In this document: positions 27,858-36,543 of the stretch, piece after piece | Position numbering within the stretch: position 1 is the first letter of the stretch | Layout of the letters: the number at the start of each line of letters is the position of its first letter | NCBI GenBank assembly: GCA_046719185.1 | Contig: JBDNDK010000001.1 | Location: 1-50,316 of the forward strand | Reading direction: 5' to 3' | Length of the DNA stretch: 50,316 nucleotides | Source: Armatimonadota bacterium | GTDB lineage: Bacteria; Armatimonadota; UBA5829 | Program-made: the position numbers and the translations under genes | The notes under the pieces: model-generated | What the model was told of the DNA's origin: nothing | Seen by the model: only the letters and a program-made list of their open reading frames with translations | Databases searched by the model: none

Positions 27858-29111
27858 TTATATACCTCTAATCACATCAATTGGGTTTACCTTTGCTGCT
27901 CTTCTAGCCGGATACAGAGAAGCAATGAGGGCTATCAAAACTGCAATTGCCATTGCACCCAAAACTGTTTGCCATCTTATTTCAATAGGAAAAACTTCTG
28001 CTTGCCTGCCAGTTGCACTTGCCTGTTGTCTCATAGAATTTACAAATAAACTAAATGCAATTCCACAAACAGCACCCACAACTGAACCCAATGATGCAAG
28101 AAGTGTGCTTTCAAGCATAAATATACTAAGTATTTGCTTGTTTGTTGCTCCCATAGCTTTTAATATTCCAATATCTCTATATTTGCTTACAACCAATGTA
28201 ATCAAAATACTTGCTATTCCAAAACCAGCTGCAATAGTTGTAAAGGTTAATATCAAAGTAGATGATTGAGATTGAGCTCTTAATCCAGATAATAAAGATT
28301 GATTATCTTTCATCCAAGAATTAGTTTCATATTTAATCTGTTTTGATAATCTTTCTGCCATATTATCAGCTTCAAATATATCAGTGATTTTTATTCCAAT
28401 TGAAGTTACTGCCCTTCCAATTCCAAAAAGTGACTCTGCATCTCTTAATGGAATATACACTGTTCCAGTATCAACTGCTCTAAAGCCTGTATCAAATATA
28501 CCTGCAACAGTATATGTTGAAGATATTTCTTCAGAGCTTATCAATCTTACTTTATCACCCAATTTTAAGTCTAAATCATCTGCTATCTGATAACCTAATG
28601 CTATTTCACCAGCATTAAGACCAAAAAATCTTCCATCTACAAGCTTTTCTTCAATATCTACAATTCTATTATGTTTTTCTGGAATGATACCATTTATTAC
28701 TACAGCTTTTCTTGTCTCACCTCTTATCAAAAAACCTTGACCATCAACAGTAGGTGATACTGCTGTTATAGCAGAGTCAAAATCTTCAAGAAATGGAATA
28801 ACAATAGCCCAGTCTTCAATTTTTCTTTTCTTTTGTTCTATAGCCACTCTGGTTCCGATGTATATTGTCTTATCATTGGGTAATTTATTTTCCCATAAGG
28901 CTATTGATTCTCTTTTTTCTGGAGTAACTGTTATATGTGGTATAGAACCTGTTACAGAACTGATTAGTCTTTTCTGTAATCCATATATTAAAGAACTCAA
29001 AAATATAATTAAAGTTACACTAACAGCTACCAAACAAACAGTAAGAAATGTTTGAGCTTTATTATATCTAAGCTGTTTTAATGCAACTTTCCAAGAGAAT
29101 CTGTCAAACAT
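27858..29111 (-). CDS. ABC transporter permease, FtsX/MacB-type (4 TM with large periplasmic domain)
   Basis: 417 aa. One TM helix, a ~230-aa extracytoplasmic domain, then 3 C-terminal TM helices ending ...AKVNPIDVIRG, the FtsX-family end. It abuts the ATPase gene. Confidence 0.85.
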   Translation of the reverse strand: MFDRFSWKVALKQLRYNKAQTFLTVCLVAVSVTLIIFLSSLIYGLQKRLISSVTGSIPHITVTPEKRESIALWENKLPNDKTIYIGTRVAIEQKKRKIEDWAIVIPFLEDFDSAITAVSPTVDGQGFLIRGETRKAVVINGIIPEKHNRIVDIEEKLVDGRFFGLNAGEIALGYQIADDLDLKLGDKVRLISSEEISSTYTVAGIFDTGFRAVDTGTVYIPLRDAESLFGIGRAVTSIGIKITDIFEADNMAERLSKQIKYETNSWMKDNQSLLSGLRAQSQSSTLILTFTTIAAGFGIASILITLVVSKYRDIGILKAMGATNKQILSIFMLESTLLASLGSVVGAVCGIAFSLFVNSMRQQASATGRQAEVFPIEIRWQTVLGAMAIAVLIALIASLYPARRAAKVNPIDVIRGI

Positions 29112-29113
29112 AT

Positions 29114-30544
29114 CTATTTAGCCTCCACAGGCTTAACTCTTTTTCCTTCTTTTAATCCAGAAGCATTTTTTGCAACAATTGTGTTTTTATCAATATCTTT
29201 AACTGCTGTATATCCACCGCCACTACCAAGCACCTCAATTTTTTTTCTTTTGAGTCTGTTATTTTCTATTACAAAAACAAAACTGTCATTCATTATTGTT
29301 ATTATACTTGTAGATGGGAGAGTAAGTGAGTTTTTGAAATTAGATACTTCAATATTCACATCAACAGTCATATCTGGTCTTGCATATTCTGGCAATGTAT
29401 CAGGTTTCAATGTGAGACCAACAACACCTCTAACATTATCTACTCCAGGACCTATTCTTATTAATTTTGCACGAAATGGTTTTTCTGGAAATGCTGGTGC
29501 AAATATTACAGCTTTTTGACCTAACTTAAGCTTGCTTAGATTGTTTTCATCAGTTTCAACATATATTTCAGTATTACTCATATCAGCAATTTTAAGCAAA
29601 GACATACCAGGGCTTATAGTGAATCCTGGTTCTGCAATTCTTTTGGTAACTATACCATCTATTGGAGATATAATTTTATATTTCTCAGATAGTGTTTTTT
29701 GAAGTTTAACTGATTCTCCAGCTTCTGAGACTTTGTTTCTAAGAATATTTATTTCATCTGATGTTGGTTTTGCAAGTAATAGATTGAGATTTTTTTGAGC
29801 GATAGATACAGATTGCTCAAGTGTATATCTTGCAGCTTCCACATCTGCTTTTGCTGCTTCAATTGCTTCATTTGAAACAGGGCTTTTTATTCTTTCCAAT
29901 CTGCTTTCTGCTGCTTGTTGTGCAGTTACTGCTGTTTTATAGTTTGCATTTGCTCTGTCTAAATCTGCTTTTGATATAGCACCTTTATTATATAAATCTT
30001 CTGCTCTATTTAAATCATCTTGAGCTAATTTTGCATTGACTTTTGATTGCTCAAGTAATGCTTTAGCTTCATTTATCTCAGACTGCAAACTACCTTTTTT
30101 TAGGTCTTCCAATTTTTTTTGGGCTGCCCTTAATCTTGCAGTATTTACAAGCCTTGCTTGATCAACTTCTGCTTTTGCTCTTGCAATTTCTTCTGATATT
30201 GGTCTGTTTGATAAATCTTTTAGTTGAAGTTCAGCACTTTTCTGTATAGATTCAGAAACTGCAATTTGTTGAGAAGCAACTTCATCTGAAAGCAAAACCA
30301 ATAATTGTCCCTTTGAAACATAATCACCTTCTTCTACATATACTTTCTTCACAGTACCAATCACTTCTGAACCTATTTCAGGTTGATATTTTGCTTTCAG
30401 AAGACCACTTGCAATCACAAGTTCAGTAACATTATTCACTTGGGGGTTAACTGTTTCAATAATTTCAGCTCTTGTTGCAGCTCTCCAAATAAGAATTACA
30501 GCTATGATTATTATAATTAGAATTATGATATTTCTTGTTTTCAA
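29114..30544 (-). CDS. HlyD/MacA-family periplasmic adaptor
   Basis: 476 aa. N-terminal anchor, lipoyl-like VKKVYVEEGDYVSKGQLLVLL, a long alpha-hairpin (A/Q/K/E/L-rich), and beta-barrel/MP domains. TTG start with GGGAGA 7 nt upstream. Confidence 0.85.
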   Translation of the reverse strand: MKTRNIIILIIIIIAVILIWRAATRAEIIETVNPQVNNVTELVIASGLLKAKYQPEIGSEVIGTVKKVYVEEGDYVSKGQLLVLLSDEVASQQIAVSESIQKSAELQLKDLSNRPISEEIARAKAEVDQARLVNTARLRAAQKKLEDLKKGSLQSEINEAKALLEQSKVNAKLAQDDLNRAEDLYNKGAISKADLDRANANYKTAVTAQQAAESRLERIKSPVSNEAIEAAKADVEAARYTLEQSVSIAQKNLNLLLAKPTSDEINILRNKVSEAGESVKLQKTLSEKYKIISPIDGIVTKRIAEPGFTISPGMSLLKIADMSNTEIYVETDENNLSKLKLGQKAVIFAPAFPEKPFRAKLIRIGPGVDNVRGVVGLTLKPDTLPEYARPDMTVDVNIEVSNFKNSLTLPSTSIITIMNDSFVFVIENNRLKRKKIEVLGSGGGYTAVKDIDKNTIVAKNASGLKEGKRVKPVEAK

Positions 30545-30723
30545 TTTTTAATCTCCCTGATATTTCAAATGAACAGCTAGATAAATGTTACCCATATTGA
30601 ACCTAGATGTCTACAGTATTATGCCTATTTTATTTAAGTTGTCTTATATTAGAAATAGTGATAATATACTTTCTAACTTAATTGGGTATTATTCAATAAT
30701 TTTTTATACTAGAGGGTGAAATA

Positions 30724-32778
30724 ATGAAAAATACTATTGTTATATTTGTCTTCCTATTTCTTATATGTGCTGTATCATTATATGGAGCTCCAAAAGGTAT
30801 TGTTAAATCACCTGCAAAACTTTCTGTGTATCCAGAAAAAAACACAATACCTCTTTATGATACACTTTTTGGAACAAATAGCCACCCATATGAAAGAAAA
30901 CAAGTTGCAGATCCTCAAATATTAGAAAGAATAAAAACACTTGGATTCAAAAGTTTTAGATTTCCCAATGGATGTGTTGCAGATTTGTATAATTGGAAAC
31001 AACCAAATGAAAACCAGATGACTGTTGATGAATGGATGATTTTCTGTGATGAGATGAATGCAGAGGCATATTACACTATCAATATGCAAGGTGGAACTGA
31101 AGGGTTAGATGGACCAATTCCTGATGGTGCAGAATTAAATGAAATAATTAAATATAAGCATTATGCTCCAAATCCTTGTGGATATACAAATTATCACTTT
31201 GGAACTTTAGCCGAAACACTTGAACTTATGCAAAAGTTTACAATAGACAGAGCACTAGAAGGCAAAAGACCAATTTTGCATTATGAAATGGGCAATGAGA
31301 ACTGGGGACAATCTAAAACAGATTGGGAGCCTGAGGTATATGCTAAAACAGTTGAAGTGTATGCAAATGCTATGAGAAAGCTTTTTGAAGATGCACAGAA
31401 AAAATATCCAGAGCTTAGAGATCATAAGCTTTATATATCAACTGTTGGGTTCCCTGTGATGGGTAATAATATGAAATTTGTTGATACACCAGACAGAAAA
31501 ATAAATATAAGATGGACTACAGAACTAAACAATCTATATGAAAAAGGAATCATTGATGCTGTTCAAGAGCATTTTTATCCATATTCAAATGCTAATGGAG
31601 GTGCATTAGTTTGGAGTGTTCATAATTTACATAATATTTTTAGTGTTAGAAAAAACATTCCAAATGAAAGACTTGGTGGATATGTTGATCCAATTATTGC
31701 ATATAAAATGCCTATGGAAATCACCGAATGGAATGTTAGGTGTTGGGGTCCTCAATACACACAAAATGTTAAATTTAAAAATCCGGGATTTGAGGATGAA
31801 TTAAATGGTTGGAATATAACAGGTGGAGGTCAGAAATCTACTGTTAGTTGGGCAGCAAGAAAAGGTAATAAGGGTTTGAGGGTTATTCAGAAGGCTGGAG
31901 ATGAACCATTTGAAATTTCTCAAGTATTTGATAAACCTGAAAATGCAATTATTATGATAGCTGGTGTTTGGGTTAGAACTGCAAACCCAGAGGCTGTGAA
32001 GTTAAACTTCAAAATAGCCGACGATGATGAAACCAAAGGAACAATAATTGGAGGATGGACTCCGAAACTTACAGACACTTGGGAGCAAGTTGTTTTTTCT
32101 GCCCACAACTTAGATAAAGTAAAACAATTAGAAGTTATGATAAGAATTGATAAGCCTGCTGTTGTTTATATTGATGATTTGAAAATTTATTCTACAGATC
32201 AACCATCTGGACATGCAACTATGGCAGCAAATATATATGAGCAAGTTTTATTTTGTGTAGATGCACTGAGAATAATGGCAATTAATGGATGCCCTAGAAC
32301 ACATCTTCATCATTTGTTTGGTGATTATCCTTGTGGTGTTATGAGTATGAATGGAGAAATTAAGCCTTTAGGAAAAGCATTTTTGTTTTATTCTGATGCT
32401 TATGGTGAAAGACTTGTTGATATGGATTATACTTCTGAAACTTTTGAGTATTACACACAAGGCAATCCGTGGGCAACTGATTTTAACGCTCTAGCTCCAG
32501 ATAGAAATGATGTGCCCGTACTTAGCTATATGGCAAGCAGAGATGATGATAATTTATATATAATGCTGTTAAATAGAAGCTCAGATAGGACTGGAGTTGT
32601 TGATATTGATATAAATGCAGATCCAATAGAGAAAACTGCCAAAGTGAGAACATTATATGGTGATGATATTGATATGCCAGGAGCTTATCTTGAGGAAGAA
32701 GAGATAAACATATCAAGAAATTTCACTCAATCAATAGAGCCATACTCAGCACAAATAATAACTATAAAATTGAAATAG
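30724..32778 (+). CDS. secreted clan GH-A glycoside hydrolase (GH51 / alpha-L-arabinofuranosidase-like) with CBM4/9-like module
   Basis: 684 aa with a signal peptide. RFPNGCVADLYNW, the acid/base-like EMGNENWG and the nucleophile-like EITEWN are present. The segment FKNPGFEDELNGWNITGGG...GLRV is typical of CBM4_9. The family assignment is from motif memory only. Confidence 0.5.
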   Translation: MKNTIVIFVFLFLICAVSLYGAPKGIVKSPAKLSVYPEKNTIPLYDTLFGTNSHPYERKQVADPQILERIKTLGFKSFRFPNGCVADLYNWKQPNENQMTVDEWMIFCDEMNAEAYYTINMQGGTEGLDGPIPDGAELNEIIKYKHYAPNPCGYTNYHFGTLAETLELMQKFTIDRALEGKRPILHYEMGNENWGQSKTDWEPEVYAKTVEVYANAMRKLFEDAQKKYPELRDHKLYISTVGFPVMGNNMKFVDTPDRKINIRWTTELNNLYEKGIIDAVQEHFYPYSNANGGALVWSVHNLHNIFSVRKNIPNERLGGYVDPIIAYKMPMEITEWNVRCWGPQYTQNVKFKNPGFEDELNGWNITGGGQKSTVSWAARKGNKGLRVIQKAGDEPFEISQVFDKPENAIIMIAGVWVRTANPEAVKLNFKIADDDETKGTIIGGWTPKLTDTWEQVVFSAHNLDKVKQLEVMIRIDKPAVVYIDDLKIYSTDQPSGHATMAANIYEQVLFCVDALRIMAINGCPRTHLHHLFGDYPCGVMSMNGEIKPLGKAFLFYSDAYGERLVDMDYTSETFEYYTQGNPWATDFNALAPDRNDVPVLSYMASRDDDNLYIMLLNRSSDRTGVVDIDINADPIEKTAKVRTLYGDDIDMPGAYLEEEEINISRNFTQSIEPYSAQIITIKLK

Positions 32779-32901
32779 ATTCTGATAGTTATTTAATGGT
32801 ATCAATGTTATTGTGAAGAAAAGATTATACAAGCGGTGTTACGGGAACTTGTTCCCGTAATTGGATAGATTTATTTTAAACTCTTTCAAAATGAGTCTAA
32901 T
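32775..32901. repeat. ~125-nt MITE/REP-like palindromic element, copy 2
   Basis: It shares the left end ATAGATTCTG with copy 1 (32775-32784 vs 35440-35449). It shares the core GCGGTGTTACGGGAACTTGTTCCCGTAAT (32833-32861). It shares the right-end AAAATGA block 27 nt after the core, at the same spacing as copy 1. It overlaps the stop codon of the GH gene. Confidence 0.65.
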
Positions 32902-32907
32902 ATAGAC

Positions 32908-32936
32908 TTTACTTTTTTAGGTTCATTTGTTATAAT
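32908..32936 (+). promoter_or_regulatory. putative promoter of tRNA-fMet
   Basis: TTTACT (32908-32913), a 17-nt spacer, then the extended -10 TGTTATAAT (32928-32936), ending ~18 nt before the tRNA 5' end. Confidence 0.45.
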
Positions 32937-32953
32937 ACATCATCAAAGAACGA

Positions 32954-33030
<77 letters not shown>

Positions 33031-33040
33031 AGACAATTAA

Positions 33041-33079
33041 AAGCCTCAGAATATTTTTATTCTGAGGCTTATATTTTTA
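33041..33079 (+). terminator. rho-independent terminator after the tRNA
   Basis: 13-bp perfect stem AAGCCTCAGAATA / TATTCTGAGGCTT, a TTTT loop, then ATATTTTT. Confidence 0.8.
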
Positions 33080-33458
33080 TTGAAAAATATAATAATTATA
33101 TTCAAGGCTATATTATAAACTCATAAAAATGCAATTAAATGATTCTTGGAATTACATTCACTCTATTTCTTGGTGGGATTGCTGTTTGTTATGTTCCAAG
33201 AAAGCAGAAACTATTTGCTTTGATTTCTCTTTTTTTGTAGCTTTATGTTGGTTCTAATATTATTTACTGCAAGAAGACCACAAATTGGTATTTACAGAAC
33301 CATTCTGCACAATTGCTGTTCCATTAGCTCCAAAAAATTTGTTGGTATGTATAGGGCAGATGAACCATGAAGTACAATGGCATTTATGATTGGATTTTCA
33401 TTTGAAATGTAAATATTTCTTCAACTTCTACTGCTGCTTATAGAAGGAATAAGGGTTT

Positions 33459-33490
33459 TTATAAAAGGAAAGAATAGCAGCTATTCTTCC
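33459..33490 (-). terminator. probable terminator of hisB
   Basis: Minus strand reads GGAAGAATAGC-TGC-TATTCTTTCC (one bulge) followed by TTTTAT, 12 nt after the hisB stop. Confidence 0.5.
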
Positions 33491-33501
33491 AATCTATAGC
33501 A

Positions 33502-34089
33502 TCACAACATCCCCTTGGTAGATGGGATTCCTATTTCTTTTTCATCTATCTCTAATGCTTGTCTCATTGCTCTTGCACAGGCTTTGAATGCTGCTTCTAT
33601 AATATGATGTGCATTGCTTCCATTAAGCTGCTTTATGTGTAAATTTATTCCTGCATTATGTGCAAGTGCTCTAAAAAATTCAGGGCATAATTCAGTATCA
33701 AAATTACCAATATTTTCTTTACCCGGATTCATATCAATCACAAGCATTCCTCTGCCACTGAAATCCAGTGAACACATAACTAATGCTTCATCCATAGGCA
33801 CAAAGAATGTTCCATATCTCTTTATACCAGCTTTATCTATTATAGCTTTGCTTATTGCATTGCCAAGACATATTCCAACATCCTCAACAGTATGGTGTGC
33901 ATCAACATCCAAATCACCTTTACAAGTGATAGATAAATTAAATAGAGAGTGTCTGCCAAATAGAGTCAGCATATGATCAAAGAAACCAACTCCAGTGTCT
34001 ATTGATGTTTGACCAGTTCCATCAATATTTAACTCAATGCTTATATCAGTTTCTTTTGTCTTTCTTTTTATTTCTGCTATTCTAGGCAT
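33502..34089 (-). CDS. hisB: imidazoleglycerol-phosphate dehydratase
   Basis: MPRIAEIKRKTKETDISIELNIDG..., GFFDHML, DAHHTVED and SNAHHIIEA. The ATG at 34089 has GGAGG 5 nt upstream. The track start at 34101 is the TTG inside that SD. Confidence 0.95.
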   Translation of the reverse strand: MPRIAEIKRKTKETDISIELNIDGTGQTSIDTGVGFFDHMLTLFGRHSLFNLSITCKGDLDVDAHHTVEDVGICLGNAISKAIIDKAGIKRYGTFFVPMDEALVMCSLDFSGRGMLVIDMNPGKENIGNFDTELCPEFFRALAHNAGINLHIKQLNGSNAHHIIEAAFKACARAMRQALEIDEKEIGIPSTKGML

Positions 34090-34106
34090 ATCACCCTCCA
34101 AGTAAA

Positions 34107-35399
34107 TTATTCTTTATCTAAAGATAATCTTATTCTAACAGTATTTGCATGAGCATGAAAGCCTTCAGCTTCTGCAAGCTCTAATACAGTTGGTGCAAGT
34201 TTTTCAAGTGATTTTTTTGATAATGCAAGCAATCCGGATTTTTTAAGGAAATCATCTACACTAAGAGCTGAGCTGAATTTTGCTGTGCCATTTGTTGGCA
34301 GGGTATGATTAGGACCAGCTGCAAAATCACAGGCTGGAACAGGTGTGAAGTGTCCCATCATAATAGTTCCTGCATTTTTTATTAGCTTTAGAGTTTCCCA
34401 AGGATTATCAACTGCAAGCTCCAAATGCTCTGGTGCAAATTCATTTGATATTTCACAGCATTCCTCAATATTTCTTGCTATAATCACTATCCCATATTCA
34501 TTCAATGAAGCTTTTATAAAGCTGTTTCTCTCAGCTGTTGCTGTTTGTTTGTCTATTTCTATTAATACTGAGTTTGCAAGTTCTCTGCTATTTGTAACCA
34601 GCACACATCTTGAATCATCTCCATGTTCAGCTTGACTAAGCATATCAGCTGCAACATAGGCAGGTTCTGCAGTATTATCAGCAATCACCAAAATCTCACT
34701 AGGTCCTGCAAGCTGGTCAATGCCAACAATTCCAAAAAGCTGTCTTTTAGCCTCAGTAACAAATGCATTGCCTGGTCCTACTATTTTATCCACTTTAACA
34801 ACAGAATCTGTGCCAAATGCTAATGCTGCAATAGCTTGAGCACCACCTGCTTTATAGACATAATCAACACCACATTCTTTAGCTGCCACAAGCATTGGTG
34901 CAGATATTTTTCCATCTTTTTGAACAGGTGATGTCATTGCAACTGTTTTCACACCTGCAACCTTTGCTGGAACAGCTGCCATAAGAACGGTGCTGGGGTA
35001 GGGTGCAAGCCCTCCGGGAGCATAAAAACCAACTTTTTCAATAGGTCTTATTATTTGTCCATAAGCTTTATCTTCCTGAAAATCAATCCAAGACTTTTGC
35101 ATCTGCTTTTCATGGAAGATTTTTATATTTTCTTTAGCTGTTCTTATTGCATTTAATAAATTATCATCAATATTTCTATAAGCAGCTTCAAACTCATAAT
35201 CTGTTACAACAATATTATCCAGATTTGGTGAATCAAACTTCTTTCCAAGCTCCAGAAGTGCTTCATCACCTCTAGTTTTTACATCGTCTATAATGCTAGC
35301 AACTAAATTTGCAATATCCTCAGCTGAACCTGCATTTTTAGGTGCAACTGCAGCTAATATATCATTATATGAGTCTTTCTCAGTTTCAAATATTTTCAT
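34107..35399 (-). CDS. hisD: histidinol dehydrogenase
   Basis: Full-length similarity, including ...GGAQAIAALAFGT..., GPGNAFVTEAKR and QAEHGDDS. The ATG at 35399 has GGAG 6 nt upstream. The track start at 35411 is a TTG in the SD. Confidence 0.95.
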   Translation of the reverse strand: MKIFETEKDSYNDILAAVAPKNAGSAEDIANLVASIIDDVKTRGDEALLELGKKFDSPNLDNIVVTDYEFEAAYRNIDDNLLNAIRTAKENIKIFHEKQMQKSWIDFQEDKAYGQIIRPIEKVGFYAPGGLAPYPSTVLMAAVPAKVAGVKTVAMTSPVQKDGKISAPMLVAAKECGVDYVYKAGGAQAIAALAFGTDSVVKVDKIVGPGNAFVTEAKRQLFGIVGIDQLAGPSEILVIADNTAEPAYVAADMLSQAEHGDDSRCVLVTNSRELANSVLIEIDKQTATAERNSFIKASLNEYGIVIIARNIEECCEISNEFAPEHLELAVDNPWETLKLIKNAGTIMMGHFTPVPACDFAAGPNHTLPTNGTAKFSSALSVDDFLKKSGLLALSKKSLEKLAPTVLELAEAEGFHAHANTVRIRLSLDKE

Positions 35400-35439
35400 T
35401 GCAAACTCCAAGGCTCAGGTAGTTTATTTTGCAACACAT

Positions 35440-35564
35440 ATAGATTCTGTCATTTTGAGGAGCAAAGCGACGAAGAATCTATTGCAATATTTATGGGTGT
35501 TTCGGGAACTTGTTCCCGAAACCATATTCATGATTCTTCAATAACACCTAAAATGACAGCTAAC
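35440..35564. repeat. ~125-nt MITE/REP-like palindromic element, copy 1 (most intact)
   Basis: Outer inverted repeat CTGTCATTTT(G)A (35447-) / TAAAATGACAG (-35559). Inner inverted repeat GAAGAATC (35472-35479) / GATTCTTC (35532-35539). Central perfect hairpin GTTTCGGGAAC-TT-GTTCCCGAAAC (35499-35522). Confidence 0.7.
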
Positions 35565-35596
35565 TAAAACTAACTTTGCCTATTGATTTCTTTAAT

Positions 35597-36520
35597 TTAT
35601 AAACTTTCAGTTAGCTCTAAAAGAGGCAGTATTGACTTATCAATTGAGTCTTCAGATAAATCACATTCAACATCATTGAATAAATACCAATATTCTGTAT
35701 GAACTGCACTATCTCCGGGTTTTAATGTTGATAGATATCCTACTGTTTCAACTTCCATAAATGAACCACATGTATATGTTTCAAAATTGCATCCATAATC
35801 AGGATACTCTTCACCATCAACATAAGCAAATCTCTTTATGAATAATTGTTTGTCAAGAAGATATCCAGCCCAACCTTGTTTGTTTGCAGCACCTACTTTT
35901 TGAGCAAAATCAAGAGTATCATCGCTTTTTAATAGGATGTATTTTTTTCCAAGAGTCCATCTTGAATCAGTAAAATCTGTGTAGTGCCACATTGTGAGAG
36001 GTCTTGCAGGAAGCAATTCTCCTGTATGAGGAATAAATGGTTCCTGTGGGCAAATTGTAGTGCCTCCACCTTTCATAATAGTGAGTGCCCAAGGTGCAAG
36101 TTTTATAGTCCATACACCTTTATTGGTTAGTTTATGTATCACTTCAAGTTTGGTTCCATTTGAGGCTAATTTAATTATCATTTCTTTTTGAATACCAGTT
36201 TGATATTCAAAAGGTGCATTAACTATTACTGTATCTCCACCAACTATATCCACTTTCACAGGGTCATTATCTGGTACATAGCTTCTTGGTTTTGCTTCTG
36301 GAGAATGCCATAATCTATGTCCTCCCCAAGGATGCCATTCACCCCATTCTGTAGGCACAACATCAGCATCTGTGAGTTCACCAAGAATATTTTCACCATT
36401 AATAAATCTGTATGCTATTATTCTGGGTCCAAGTTGTGTTGTCACTAATACTTCTACTGTGTCATTAGATATTATGACACACTCTCCATAGTGAGAATAA
36501 TCTATTTTGTCAATTTTCAT
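35597..36520 (-). CDS. conserved hypothetical protein, possibly galactose-mutarotase-like (DUF4380-like)
   Basis: 307 aa from ATG 36520 (GGAGG 5 nt upstream; the track TTG at 36532 is inside the SD). It looks beta-rich, contains WGGHRLWHSPE, and sits upstream of nothing but the repeat and next to the GH65 gene. The fold assignment is a guess from memory. Confidence 0.6.
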   Translation of the reverse strand: MKIDKIDYSHYGECVIISNDTVEVLVTTQLGPRIIAYRFINGENILGELTDADVVPTEWGEWHPWGGHRLWHSPEAKPRSYVPDNDPVKVDIVGGDTVIVNAPFEYQTGIQKEMIIKLASNGTKLEVIHKLTNKGVWTIKLAPWALTIMKGGGTTICPQEPFIPHTGELLPARPLTMWHYTDFTDSRWTLGKKYILLKSDDTLDFAQKVGAANKQGWAGYLLDKQLFIKRFAYVDGEEYPDYGCNFETYTCGSFMEVETVGYLSTLKPGDSAVHTEYWYLFNDVECDLSEDSIDKSILPLLELTESL

Positions 36521-36543
36521 AATTTCCTCCAATATGTGAAGTG

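Noticed and set aside
33031-33500. Integrated element at the tRNA-fMet 3' flank
   Set aside because: There is no integrase, no recognisable phage or ICE genes, and no direct repeat of the tRNA 3' end in the window. Only a weak remnant hypothesis is kept, as a low-interest finding.
35412-35596. his attenuator, T-box or riboswitch in the hisD leader
   Set aside because: There is no run of His codons in a leader peptide, and no T-box consensus or specifier architecture. The structure is explained by the repeated palindromic element, which also occurs at 32.8 kb in an unrelated context.
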